DNA of 64,000 bases from Bacteroidales bacterium (GTDB taxonomy: Bacteria > Bacteroidota > Bacteroidia > Bacteroidales > UBA932): positions 29,038 through 93,037 of the forward strand of contig JAQWEK010000001.1 of assembly GCA_028704975.1 (NCBI GenBank), in the 5' to 3' direction. Every line of letters begins with the position of its first letter. The stretch's first letter is position 1. Both the position numbers and the translations under genes were made by a program. Below are positions 47,289 through 56,646 of this stretch, one piece after another. The notes beneath the pieces are model-generated. The model saw only the letters and a list, made by a program, of their open reading frames with translations. It made no database searches and was not told the origin of the DNA.

Positions 47289-47927
47289 ATGGAAAACGTA
47301 GAAAAGACCATAGCTAAGCAGCTGCTTGGAATTAAGGCCGTGAAATTGGATGTTGAGCACCCTTTTACGTGGGCGTCGGGATGGAAATCACCTATATACT
47401 GCGATAATAGAAAAATGCTTTCATATCCAACTGAAAGAAAGGTTATTTGTAATGCATTTGTAAACGTTATAAAAGATAATTTCAAAGATGTTGATGTTAT
47501 AGCGGGCGTTGCTACCGGGGCTATAGCGTATGGAATGATGGTGGCTGAGGCTCTGGATAAACCGTTTATCTACGTGCGTCCAAAACCAAAAGACCATGGA
47601 ACAAAATCTCAGATTGAAGGAGAAATTGCAAAGAATCAGAGAGTTGTTGTTGTTGAAGATTTAATTTCTACAGGTCAGAGCAGCCTTTCCGCCACTACCG
47701 CTCTTCATCAGGCGGGTGCCATTGTTCTTGGCATGATTGCAATTTTTTCATATAATTTTGATACTGCGCGCCGCTCCTTTGAATATGCGGATGTTGAGCT
47801 TCATACGCTTTGCCAGTACGACTCATTGTTGGAAGAGGCTGTAGTTGAGAAGTATATAAAGAAATCGGATTTGGAAGTTCTTAAGCAGTGGAGAATCAGT
47901 CCTTCTACATGGGGAACTCAGAAGTAA
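47289..47927 (+). CDS. pyrE: Orotate phosphoribosyltransferase
   Basis: 212 aa. FTWASGWKSPIYCDNR and the PRPP-binding loop VVVVEDLISTGQSS. Confidence 0.9.
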   Translation: MENVEKTIAKQLLGIKAVKLDVEHPFTWASGWKSPIYCDNRKMLSYPTERKVICNAFVNVIKDNFKDVDVIAGVATGAIAYGMMVAEALDKPFIYVRPKPKDHGTKSQIEGEIAKNQRVVVVEDLISTGQSSLSATTALHQAGAIVLGMIAIFSYNFDTARRSFEYADVELHTLCQYDSLLEEAVVEKYIKKSDLEVLKQWRISPSTWGTQK

Positions 47928-47947
47928 TTTTTTATCCCGATAAATTT

Positions 47948-48355
47948 ATGGAAAAAATTGAAGGTAAGGAGGTTGTGCTTCCTATTGCAGCGGATAAACT
48001 GTTTTCTATTTTCTCTGATTTGAGAGGTATTGCCTCTAAGTTACCCTCTGAATATCAAGATAAAGTTACGGCAACTCAGGATACAATTGAGGGGAATTAT
48101 AAAGGAATGAAACTGGGACTGATAGTTGTTAAAAGGGTTGCAAATCAGCTTGTTTCCCTTAAACCATCCGGGTCTTTCCCTTTTGATTTCACTCTTAACT
48201 TTCTAATGAATCAAGAGGAGCAGAACAAGACAAAGTTCAAGATAGAGGTAGATGCTGAGATGAACTTTATCATTAAATCTATGTTTGGCGGTAAGGTTAA
48301 AGAGATGGTTGATAAAATAACTGACACAATTTCTCAATTTTCGCCCAAAGATTAG
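47948..48355 (+). CDS. Small SRPBCC-like (START/Bet v1 fold) protein, function unknown
   Basis: 135-aa ORF from the ATG at 47948; the track start 47888 overlaps pyrE. Assignment rests on size and loose resemblance only. Confidence 0.35.
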   Translation: MEKIEGKEVVLPIAADKLFSIFSDLRGIASKLPSEYQDKVTATQDTIEGNYKGMKLGLIVVKRVANQLVSLKPSGSFPFDFTLNFLMNQEEQNKTKFKIEVDAEMNFIIKSMFGGKVKEMVDKITDTISQFSPKD

Positions 48356-48456
48356 TTTTTTTTAAACCTATTATTCTTTTTTTTTCTCCTTTTTGGCTAC
48401 TATTGTTAATTAATAATGGGAAAGTCGCTATTATTGTGGTTAAAAACAGAATAGAT

Positions 48457-49335
48457 ATGGCTGACAAGGGTATTTCTCAATTTTTTATGGCAAAAGTGGC
48501 CAATATGCCGGGAATTGAGTTCATGGAGGGTGATTTTGCAATTTGCAGTTCTATAGATGAAATCCCGTTACCAAAAGATCCGGGCAGAATAGATGCGGCA
48601 ATAGTTGGCTTGTGCCTCTGCGGCAATATCAAGTTATGCATAAATCTGGATGACTATGTAATATCCAAAAATCAGATAGTTTTGATTATGCCGGATCAAA
48701 TTATTCGGCTCGGGAAAAAGAGCAGGGATTATAAAGGTATTTATATTTTGGCATCCAAAAATTTTATTGATGAGATGCTTCCGTATTTTAATCAGCTCTC
48801 AATTTTTCTTTATGTTAAAGAACATCCGGTTACAGATTTGAGCAATGAGGAGGTAAACATTTTTAAAGAGTATCACTCTTTTTTGTGGAAGAAAGTGCAG
48901 ATGAAAGATAATGCATACAGAAAAGAAATATCTAGAAATCTGTTGCTTGCGCTATTATATGAGGCTTATGGAATGTTCTCAAAGCATCGTCTTCCGGAGT
49001 CCCGCAAGACCAGACAAGAGGAATTGTTTGCAGACTTTATAAAATTGGTGCGGTTGAATTTTAGAAGAGAGCATTTTGTCTCTTTCTATGCAGATAAACT
49101 TTGCATAACATCCAAGTATCTTTCATTGCTTGTCAAGAGCGTAAGCGGGCGTTCTGCCAGCGTTTGGATAGACGAATATGTGATTTTGGAGGCTAAGGCT
49201 TTGCTAACTTCATCTAAATTGACAATAAAGCAAATATCTGATACTTTAGGATTTGTAAGTCAATCTTTCTTTGGCAAATTTTTCCGCAGGCATACAGGGG
49301 CTTCACCAAGAAAATTCAGGGGCGGAGCCTGCTAA
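48457..49335 (+). CDS. AraC family transcriptional regulator
   Basis: C-terminal double HTH: FADFIKLVRLNFRREHFVSFYADKLCITSKYLS and LTIKQISDTLGFVSQSFFGKFFRRHTGASPRKFR. ATG at 48457 chosen. Confidence 0.85.
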   Translation: MADKGISQFFMAKVANMPGIEFMEGDFAICSSIDEIPLPKDPGRIDAAIVGLCLCGNIKLCINLDDYVISKNQIVLIMPDQIIRLGKKSRDYKGIYILASKNFIDEMLPYFNQLSIFLYVKEHPVTDLSNEEVNIFKEYHSFLWKKVQMKDNAYRKEISRNLLLALLYEAYGMFSKHRLPESRKTRQEELFADFIKLVRLNFRREHFVSFYADKLCITSKYLSLLVKSVSGRSASVWIDEYVILEAKALLTSSKLTIKQISDTLGFVSQSFFGKFFRRHTGASPRKFRGGAC

Positions 49336-49339
49336 AGGA

Positions 49340-50839
49340 ATGAAGTGCGGTGATAAAATATTATCTGAAGATTTTGTTTCTCTAATGAAAGAGTCTCTTG
49401 GTGAGAGAGATGCATCGCTCCTTTTTTCTTCTCTGGAGGAAGGAGAGGATGTAGTGAGTGTAAGGTTAAATCCTTTTAAATCTCTTCTTTCTCCCGACGG
49501 TTTTTTGAATGAATGCGCTTCTAAAATTTTTGGAGCCAATTTGGACTGCCATGTAAAGTGGTGCCAGTCAGGATTTTATTTAAAGAAAAGAGTTTCCTTT
49601 ACAACTGACCCGTACTTCCATTGCGGAGCATACTATGTACAGGATGCAAGCAGCATGTTCCCGGAAATTATTAAAGGATTTATCTCCGTGTATAAAGACA
49701 ATACTTCAAAAAATGCGACTTCGGATTTATCTGCAAACGTATCTGCAAATGAGAAGTTATCCGGTATTAAGCTTCTGGACCTATGTGCCGCCCCAGGAGG
49801 CAAATCAACTCATTTAGCCTCTATGTTAGATGATTCTTCACTTCTTGTATCTAATGAGGCCATTAAGAAAAGAGTGCTTCCTCTGATGGATAATGTCGCA
49901 AAATGGGGATGCTCTAACGTATTGGTTACCAATAACTATCCATGTGCTTTTGGAAAACTGCAGGGATATTTTGATGTAATTCTGGCGGATGTGCCGTGTT
50001 CCGGAGAGGGGATGTTTAGGAAGAGCATGGAGGCTATTGACGGATGGAGTCTTAAGGCCGTAAGTGATTGTGCGGAAAAACAGCGCCAGATTGTTTCTGA
50101 TGCTTGGCCTGCGTTAAAAGAGGGTGGTATTTTCATCTACTCAACATGCACCTATAATCATTATGAAGATTCCGATAATGTGAATTTTATATGCAATAGC
50201 CTTGGAGCGGAACTGCTTGATATTCGCAAATTTGTTCCGGGTGCAGTGAGGGGAGACGGGCAGTTTTACGCAGTATTAAGAAAATTCGGAGTAAGTTCCC
50301 AATCTGTTGTCTCTGTTAAAACGGGGACAAAAAGGTATAATGATAAGAAGAGTAAAAAAGGGGGGAAACAAACTGTCGGGAGAATAATAAGTGCGTGTAA
50401 TTATCTTGGAGACAGGTATTTATATGTACAAAAAGAGAACGGCTTTATAAAGGCTTATCCCAAAAATCTGGCGGATGATATTTTATGTCTTGAGGGAAAA
50501 TTGAATGTTGCGGCAAGCGGAATTGTTGTTGCAACGGCTAAGGGGAAGGATTTGATTCCGTATTCCGATTTGGCGTTGTGTAATGATTTTGAGAATGCCA
50601 AATATTCCGGCGGAGCTAAAACAGGTGAGCGGCTTTTCCCTGTAAAAGAGGTGTCAAAAGAAGAGGCCCTTCAGTTTCTCACCAAAAGGCCCTTGTTTTT
50701 ACCTCAAATGCCACCGGGTTATATATTTTTGACTTACAATGGATTAGGTCTTGGATTTGTTAAGAATCTCGGTAACCGCACCAATAATCTTTTGCTTTCC
50801 GGCCGTGCAATTCACAATACAAATCTTGTGGATTTATAG
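49340..50839 (+). CDS. RsmB/RsmF-family RNA m5C methyltransferase (NOL1/NOP2/Sun) with a C-terminal PUA-like extension
   Basis: SAM motif LDLCAAPGGKSTHLA and the catalytic Cys motifs ILADVPCSGEGMFRK and YSTCTYN. The ATG at 49340 lies 4 nt after the AraC stop. Confidence 0.85.
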   Translation: MKCGDKILSEDFVSLMKESLGERDASLLFSSLEEGEDVVSVRLNPFKSLLSPDGFLNECASKIFGANLDCHVKWCQSGFYLKKRVSFTTDPYFHCGAYYVQDASSMFPEIIKGFISVYKDNTSKNATSDLSANVSANEKLSGIKLLDLCAAPGGKSTHLASMLDDSSLLVSNEAIKKRVLPLMDNVAKWGCSNVLVTNNYPCAFGKLQGYFDVILADVPCSGEGMFRKSMEAIDGWSLKAVSDCAEKQRQIVSDAWPALKEGGIFIYSTCTYNHYEDSDNVNFICNSLGAELLDIRKFVPGAVRGDGQFYAVLRKFGVSSQSVVSVKTGTKRYNDKKSKKGGKQTVGRIISACNYLGDRYLYVQKENGFIKAYPKNLADDILCLEGKLNVAASGIVVATAKGKDLIPYSDLALCNDFENAKYSGGAKTGERLFPVKEVSKEEALQFLTKRPLFLPQMPPGYIFLTYNGLGLGFVKNLGNRTNNLLLSGRAIHNTNLVDL

Positions 50840-50857
50840 TTTGTTTTCCGGTATATT

Positions 50858-52234
50858 TTAGTTCATGTAATCCCAAGGAGGAAGCATTATGTGCTTCTGG
50901 CCAAGGCATCCTGTTGCTTTGTCGTCCAGATATTTCCTGTTTATTACAAAGCGGAACATGTACTCGTTAAACCAATGGTCCGTGAATGTCAGATAACCCT
51001 TGTTGCCTGCATCTGTGCCCCAGCTGTTCTCAAATTCCCACTTTGTTGGAACGTCGTTATTGTCTGTATCACAGGCGACTATAAGCATTGCATGAGATGA
51101 GCCGCTCTGACGGGTAACAATTCTTGCTTTCTTATCCATAGTGAGATTTATTCCAAGCAATGACGAGTAGTCATAAATTCCGGTGTCCAAAAGTCCGCTT
51201 TTAGTATTTGACTGTTTTCCAACGTCACATGAAGCAACAACAGATTCATTTGCTTTTATAGAGGCAAGAACAGCCTTTTTTATATCTCCATTTGGAAGGT
51301 TTAGATATGTCCAGTTAACGCCATCCATTGTATTGCGCGCTCCGTCTATCTCATACATTTTGTAATAATCTCTTGTGGGGTCATTCATTATCATTACATA
51401 ATTGTCTGTATTGTAGTCCGTTCCGGCTATACCGTTAAAGAAATCATTAGGGTTGCTTTTAATAGTCTGGATTTTTTTATCCTTGTCCTGGAATCTCCAT
51501 GTGAATTCTGTCGGAGGGGTTCCAAGGCAAACTGTAAGTACTCTGTAAACGTCTTTAAGAACGCTCATTTTTTCTCTCTCCATGTCTGCAGTTTTCCCCC
51601 TGTTTGCCGCAATTGCCCTAATGTCATATCCTCCCTTGCGCAATCTCTCATTAAGAATACTCATCATCTGGGATGTATTGTTAGAGTGCTCCGTCTCAGG
51701 CATAACAGCTGCAGGCACAACGCCGTACTTCTTTGCAAGATTATAGAAAGAACTCCATACTCCGCCGTCGCTTACCGGCGATGAGAAGTAGTATGTAACT
51801 TCTCTGTCATCCATCGGCGCTTTTACCGTTTTGATAATATTTTCCAGAAACAGGTTGGACTTCTCCAGTATGTCCCAGAAATAATTGTAATTATGAGAGA
51901 AATCAAATTCATCCAAATTGTATTTCTTCATGACAGCGGGCCTTAAGTCATTCATGGATGAAAACATCCAGCAGCGGCCGGAGCTTTGCTGGTCCGTAAT
52001 TCCTTTTACATCAACTTTATATTTAAAAAAATTGTCCGTAGCTCCGTTAACCTTGTAGCTAAGCGCAAGGCTCTTAATGTTTTTGTTGGAGGTTAGAATA
52101 TTTTGAATAGCAGCAGTATAGCTATCATTTTTTATGCTGCCGTGCAGCTCTTCAATCTCTTTGCTCCCGATAGTTTGTGCAAGCGCGCTCCCGCATATTA
52201 GTGCGGCGCATGTAAGTAGTGCTATTTTTTTCAT
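50858..52234 (-). CDS. pepC: Aminopeptidase C / bleomycin-hydrolase family (C1B) cysteine peptidase with a signal peptide, copy 1
   Basis: Signal peptide MKKIALLTCAALICGSALAQ. Catalytic Cys block QQSSGRCWMFSS, His block GSSHAMLIV, ENSWG. Confidence 0.88.
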   Translation of the reverse strand: MKKIALLTCAALICGSALAQTIGSKEIEELHGSIKNDSYTAAIQNILTSNKNIKSLALSYKVNGATDNFFKYKVDVKGITDQQSSGRCWMFSSMNDLRPAVMKKYNLDEFDFSHNYNYFWDILEKSNLFLENIIKTVKAPMDDREVTYYFSSPVSDGGVWSSFYNLAKKYGVVPAAVMPETEHSNNTSQMMSILNERLRKGGYDIRAIAANRGKTADMEREKMSVLKDVYRVLTVCLGTPPTEFTWRFQDKDKKIQTIKSNPNDFFNGIAGTDYNTDNYVMIMNDPTRDYYKMYEIDGARNTMDGVNWTYLNLPNGDIKKAVLASIKANESVVASCDVGKQSNTKSGLLDTGIYDYSSLLGINLTMDKKARIVTRQSGSSHAMLIVACDTDNNDVPTKWEFENSWGTDAGNKGYLTFTDHWFNEYMFRFVINRKYLDDKATGCLGQKHIMLPPWDYMN

Positions 52235-52257
52235 ATTTATTTGTGTAAAAAATTATT

Positions 52258-53694
52258 TTAAAACATCATGTAATCCCAGACGGGCAAAAGTTCCGGCTTT
52301 TGTCCAAGCGCGGCTTGGGCCTTAGCTCTGAGATACTTTTTATTTATTACCATTCTAAAAGTGTATGTTTCAAACCATTTATTGCTCATTACATGAAAGC
52401 CGTTCCTTCCGCGGTTCAACCCAAAGCTGTCTTCTGCCAGCCACTTTGTCGGATTATCATTTTTGTCTGTATCACAACCCATTAGCAGTATGGCGTGAGT
52501 GGAACTTATTTGCTTTGTGAGTATCATGGATTTGCGGTCCATATCCAAATTTACACCAAAGAGCGTATTGTAATCAAAGACTCCGGTATCCAAGAGGCCC
52601 GCACCGCTTTTTTTATCCGCTTCCGCACCTGAATCTATAGTGAGATATATACTTTCATTATTTTTTATAGAGGCCAGTGCAGCCGGCTCAATTTCTGAAT
52701 AGGGCAGGTTAAGGTATGTCCAGTTGAAGCCCTCTATTACGCTCTTGTAATTTTTTATTTCATAAAGTTTGTAGTATTCTTTTCCGGGGTCATTCGTTAT
52801 CATAATGTAATTTTCCGGTCCATAGCCGTTTATGGCTACGCTGGCGTAAAATTCTTTTGGTGTGGTACTTACAGTTTTTGTATTGCCGTTATTGTCTGTG
52901 TATCTCCATGTGAACTCTTTTGGAGGGACGCCAATGGTCAACGCAAGTATTTTGTAGACATCTTTAAGCACTGATATCTTCTCTGCTTCCATTTCATTTA
53001 GAATCTCTTCAGACAGTTTGTTATTTGACTTTTTAACTGTGCTGTTTTTTGATGCAATTTCCCTGATTGCCCATCCTCCCTTGCGCAATCTTTTTTTTAA
53101 AATTTGAAGCAGCTGCTCATCATTTTCGGATGCTCCGGTTTCCGGCATAACTTCCATTGGCACAACACCGTATTTGATTGTCTCCGCATAGAAAATACTC
53201 CATACTCCGCCGTCTGTAATAGGGCGGTTAAAATATTTTGAGACCTCTCTGTCATCCATCGGTTTATTGGATGTTGCAATAATTTCTTCCAGGAATAAAT
53301 TGCTTTTTTCCAGCAAATCATAGAAAAAATTATAGGTGTGAGAGAAATCAAAATCTTTCAGATTATATTTTTTCATCACTCCGGTGCGGAGAGAATTCAT
53401 GCAGGCAAACATCCAGCAACGACCGGATTTTTTTTGGTCATTTATGCTTCCTATGTCTGCCTTGTATTTAAAATAATTGTCATAACTCTTTAATTTGCCG
53501 CTGTTTTCTGCAAGGCTTTCAAAATCTCCGCTTGATTGCAGCACGCTTTGCAATGTAGCCGGTGTGGTGCTGCCGGCATAACTTTGCTCCAGCTCCCGCA
53601 TTTCTTTACTCCCGATAGATTGCGCATTAGCTGCTGAGTACGTAAGTGTTACACTAAGGGCTATGATGATTATATGTTTAATGTTTATTTTCAT
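52258..53694 (-). CDS. pepC: Aminopeptidase C / bleomycin-hydrolase family (C1B) cysteine peptidase with a signal peptide, copy 2
   Basis: Signal peptide MKINIKHIIIIALSVTLTYSAANAQ. Blocks QKKSGRCWMFAC, SSTHAILLM, EDSFG. Long blocks are shared with copy 1. Confidence 0.88.
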   Translation of the reverse strand: MKINIKHIIIIALSVTLTYSAANAQSIGSKEMRELEQSYAGSTTPATLQSVLQSSGDFESLAENSGKLKSYDNYFKYKADIGSINDQKKSGRCWMFACMNSLRTGVMKKYNLKDFDFSHTYNFFYDLLEKSNLFLEEIIATSNKPMDDREVSKYFNRPITDGGVWSIFYAETIKYGVVPMEVMPETGASENDEQLLQILKKRLRKGGWAIREIASKNSTVKKSNNKLSEEILNEMEAEKISVLKDVYKILALTIGVPPKEFTWRYTDNNGNTKTVSTTPKEFYASVAINGYGPENYIMITNDPGKEYYKLYEIKNYKSVIEGFNWTYLNLPYSEIEPAALASIKNNESIYLTIDSGAEADKKSGAGLLDTGVFDYNTLFGVNLDMDRKSMILTKQISSTHAILLMGCDTDKNDNPTKWLAEDSFGLNRGRNGFHVMSNKWFETYTFRMVINKKYLRAKAQAALGQKPELLPVWDYMMF

Positions 53695-53715
53695 TATTCA
53701 ATTTTTTAATCTGTT

Positions 53716-54435
53716 TTATAGCAGATTTTGTATTTGTTTTTTTATTGCCGCTACTTCTGAAGATTCTATGTTGCGTTCCTGTATCGGCCCTGTAATTTTT
53801 TGATGCATTGTGATTTGTGCTGGAGCTTTGCTTAAAAGGTAAATATCGCTGCCCAGTATCAAAGCATCGTCAATATCGTGGGTTACAAATATTACCGTGC
53901 GTTTATCCTGTTGCCACAGTTGTGAAAACCATTTGAGCATTCCGTGCTTTAGATTGATGTCCAGTCCGTTAAGCGGTTCATCCATCAGGATGATGTCGGA
54001 GGTTGCGGCAAATGCGCGCGCTATGGAAACCCTTTGTTTCATGCCCCCGCTGAGCTGTGACGGATAATAATTTGCAAACTCTTCAAGTTCAACCCTTTTA
54101 ATCAATTTATCGGCCTCTTTTTTTCTTTGCCGGGCAGACACTTTTTCTCCGTTATTTACACTGTCAAGTACAAATTCAATATTTTCTCTTACGCTTTTCC
54201 ACGGGAGCAATCTGGGCTCTTGAAAAATATAGGAGAACTTTTTATTTGCAAAGCCTTCCAGTGTGCCGCTGTCGGGAGCAATAATGCCGCAGATAATATT
54301 TAAAAGAGTTGTTTTTCCGCATCCTGAAGGACCTAATATACAAGATATTGTGCCTTCCGTAATATCCATGCAGAAGTTATCATATATCTGTTTTCCGTTA
54401 AAGCTCTTGCAAATATTTTTAAGATTAAGACTCAT
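53716..54435 (-). CDS. ABC transporter ATP-binding protein (NitT/TauT-type)
   Basis: Walker A GPSGCGKTT, signature LSGGMKQRVSIARA, Walker B IILMDEPL, H-loop VTHD. 239 aa. Confidence 0.9.
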   Translation of the reverse strand: MSLNLKNICKSFNGKQIYDNFCMDITEGTISCILGPSGCGKTTLLNIICGIIAPDSGTLEGFANKKFSYIFQEPRLLPWKSVRENIEFVLDSVNNGEKVSARQRKKEADKLIKRVELEEFANYYPSQLSGGMKQRVSIARAFAATSDIILMDEPLNGLDINLKHGMLKWFSQLWQQDKRTVIFVTHDIDDALILGSDIYLLSKAPAQITMHQKITGPIQERNIESSEVAAIKKQIQNLL

Positions 54436-54463
54436 GTTTGTTTAATTATTGAATGTGCGGATT

Positions 54464-55219
54464 TTATTTCCAGGTAACAATTCTTCTCTCCTCCCACCTG
54501 ATAATAGCTTCAAATCCCGAACTTAACAGTACGGCTATCAATGTCCATGCAATTAGTATGTCTACATTTAAAAATGTTTGGGCGCTCTGCATTACCGTTC
54601 CTATTCCGTATGTCGGCTGGGCCAGTACTTCTCCAACTATAATTGCTCTCCATCCTATTCCCGTAGCACTGGATATTCCGCTGATAATGAATGGAATGAT
54701 TGATGGAATGTAAACTTCTGTCACAATTTTTTTACCGCTTGCGCCATAGAATTTTGCCATCTCAACCAAACTTGCATCCATGCTATTAAAACCGTCTGTG
54801 ACATTAATATATATTAAAGGAAACATGGTTAAAAACGCAATAAATACAGGGACTGTATTTGGTGTGAACCATATTAGAGCCAGAAGTATTATTGCCACAA
54901 CCGGGGTTGCCCTAAATGTTACAACTATCGGTTTCATCCATGCCGCAAGAGAGTCATGCATTCCTGCAAGAATACCAAGTCCCACTCCTAAAATTGCCGC
55001 AATAACAAAGCCTATTAAACCGCGTAATATGGTGGCTCCTATTATTTTAAGAAATTCTGCAGTACAGATGACCTTTACCGTGGAAATCAGTGTGTCCTCC
55101 GGGCTGGGAAGTATGAAGCCGGATTTAAAATATAGTGACAGAACCTTCCATATCGCAAGCATTACAAGCACGGAGATAAAGCCGGTCAAAGTATTTTTCT
55201 TGGAAGAATTTCTCATCAC
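54464..55219 (-). CDS. ABC transporter permease (NitT/TauT-type, BPD_transp_1)
   Basis: 251 aa, about 6 TM helices, with the EAA-like loop MAKFYGASGKKIVTEVYIPS. Confidence 0.85.
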   Translation of the reverse strand: MMRNSSKKNTLTGFISVLVMLAIWKVLSLYFKSGFILPSPEDTLISTVKVICTAEFLKIIGATILRGLIGFVIAAILGVGLGILAGMHDSLAAWMKPIVVTFRATPVVAIILLALIWFTPNTVPVFIAFLTMFPLIYINVTDGFNSMDASLVEMAKFYGASGKKIVTEVYIPSIIPFIISGISSATGIGWRAIIVGEVLAQPTYGIGTVMQSAQTFLNVDILIAWTLIAVLLSSGFEAIIRWEERRIVTWK

Positions 55220-55223
55220 TTAA

Positions 55224-56219
55224 TTATTTACCGAAAAAATTTTTATCCGGAATTTTACCACCAGTAATATCCCGGTTCATGTTGTAAAATACTTTCAAAT
55301 AGTCGTTTACATCTTTACGGACCTCTGATGCCCTTACAACTTTCAGGTTGCACCTTGGTATTGCAGTTCTGGCAACCGCGCTGTCTGCAAGTATGCCGTA
55401 TTTTGCAGCAAGAAAGGCGGCGCTGTCGGGATTGCTATTTACCCAATTAGTTGAATTTGAGTACATTTTTAATACTTTTTCCGTGAGCTCCGGATGCTTT
55501 TTCATAAACTTTACGCTCCCTACAAAAGCAGTCTCTGCAATTGGAGTTCCGCATGCTTTCTTCCACTCTGCATTAAGGTCCATTAAGGCATGTAAAGATT
55601 TATTTTTTGATAATACCATACTTACAAACGGCTCTGTAAGTACCCCTATATCAACACGTCCTGCAGCCATAGCGTTTGTAAGGGCTGTGTGCGTAGGAAA
55701 GCTGTAATCCAATATTACATCTTTATCCGGATCCAGTCCGTTGATTTTAAGCAGATATTTAAATAGAACATCGGGAGTCATACCCTTGGCCATCAAGTGT
55801 ATTCTGCGCCCTTTAAGATTGCTCCAGTTTTTTATGGCGGTATCTTTGCCGCACAAATAAAAAGTTCCCCATATTGGTACGGCTATAAGCCTGTAATCCA
55901 GTCCTTTATTGTATAAGACGGCAGCTGTTGTCATTGGCAGAATTGCAAAATCTGCAGTGCCGTCCAGCATCATTTTGCGTACCTGTAGGGGCTCGTTCAA
56001 GATGTCTATTTTTACCCCATTTTGCACTATATCTTTTGAGCTTAATCCATCGTGATCTTTAATACTGTCAATCATTTTTATCATGCCAAGAGCGGAAGGT
56101 CCTTTAAGTGTGGCAATTGTGCAGGCCGAACTCTCCCTGTTCCCGGAAGATTTCCCGCTGCAGCCAACAAGAAACGGGAGGCATGCAATAAATATTAAAG
56201 TATATAAGTGTTTTTTCAT
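55224..56219 (-). CDS. ABC transporter substrate-binding lipoprotein (NMT1/THI5-like, NitT/TauT family)
   Basis: Lipoprotein signal IACLPFLVGCSG. A type-2 periplasmic-binding fold of 331 aa. Heads the minus-strand gene string. Confidence 0.75.
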   Translation of the reverse strand: MKKHLYTLIFIACLPFLVGCSGKSSGNRESSACTIATLKGPSALGMIKMIDSIKDHDGLSSKDIVQNGVKIDILNEPLQVRKMMLDGTADFAILPMTTAAVLYNKGLDYRLIAVPIWGTFYLCGKDTAIKNWSNLKGRRIHLMAKGMTPDVLFKYLLKINGLDPDKDVILDYSFPTHTALTNAMAAGRVDIGVLTEPFVSMVLSKNKSLHALMDLNAEWKKACGTPIAETAFVGSVKFMKKHPELTEKVLKMYSNSTNWVNSNPDSAAFLAAKYGILADSAVARTAIPRCNLKVVRASEVRKDVNDYLKVFYNMNRDITGGKIPDKNFFGK

Positions 56220-56268
56220 AATCCCGACAGATTCAGATGTGTAAAATTATAAATTTTAAATGACTTGC

Positions 56269-56299
56269 TTTGTATAATGCCAAAACATTAATAAATTTG
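56269..56299 (+). promoter_or_regulatory. Bacteroidota-type promoter (-33 TTTG, -7 TAAATTTG) for the ACT-like protein / TonB-dependent receptor pair
   Basis: TTTG at 56269-56272 and TAAATTTG at 56292-56299 with 19-nt spacing. This predicts a leader of about 85 nt before the ATG at 56392. Confidence 0.5.
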
Positions 56300-56391
56300 C
56301 AGAAAATTTACAGACCGTTTTGTACTAAGGTTACGGATAGTCCTGACCAAGGCCGGCGGAAATCAAATAATCTAACCCGGAGGAAATTCTG

Positions 56392-56646
56392 ATGGAGAAG
56401 AGAATAGGCACAGTAATAATACAAGTAGAAAGAAAGGATAACGTTCAGAAAATGAATGATATTATCTCTTTGCACTCTGACATTATAATCGGTCGTCAGG
56501 GACTGCCTCGCAGCAATAATTTTAATATTATCTCTTTGATTTTGGAAGGTACGACGGATCAGATTGGTTCTCTAACCGGTCAGCTTGGACGTCTGGATGG
56601 AATTCAGGTTAAATCGGCCCTTTTAAAAAACAAAGATGATGAGTAA
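56392..56646 (+). CDS. TM1266-like small ACT/NikR-C-terminal-fold protein (family usually annotated as iron-only hydrogenase system regulator)
   Basis: 84 aa. MEKRIGTVIIQVERKDNVQKMNDIISLHSDIIIGRQGLP...ISLILEGTTDQIGSLTGQLGRLDGIQVKSA matches my memory of the TM1266 family pattern. GGAGG lies 8 nt upstream of the ATG. Confidence 0.65.
   Translation: MEKRIGTVIIQVERKDNVQKMNDIISLHSDIIIGRQGLPRSNNFNIISLILEGTTDQIGSLTGQLGRLDGIQVKSALLKNKDDE

Noticed and set aside
56300-56391. Cobalamin or TPP riboswitch upstream of the TonB-dependent receptor operon.
   Set aside because: I could not find the B12 box (GCCACTG-like), the TPP CUGAGA / ACCTGATCTGGATAATGCCAGCG-like elements, or the corresponding stems. It is kept only as an unclassified structured-leader candidate.
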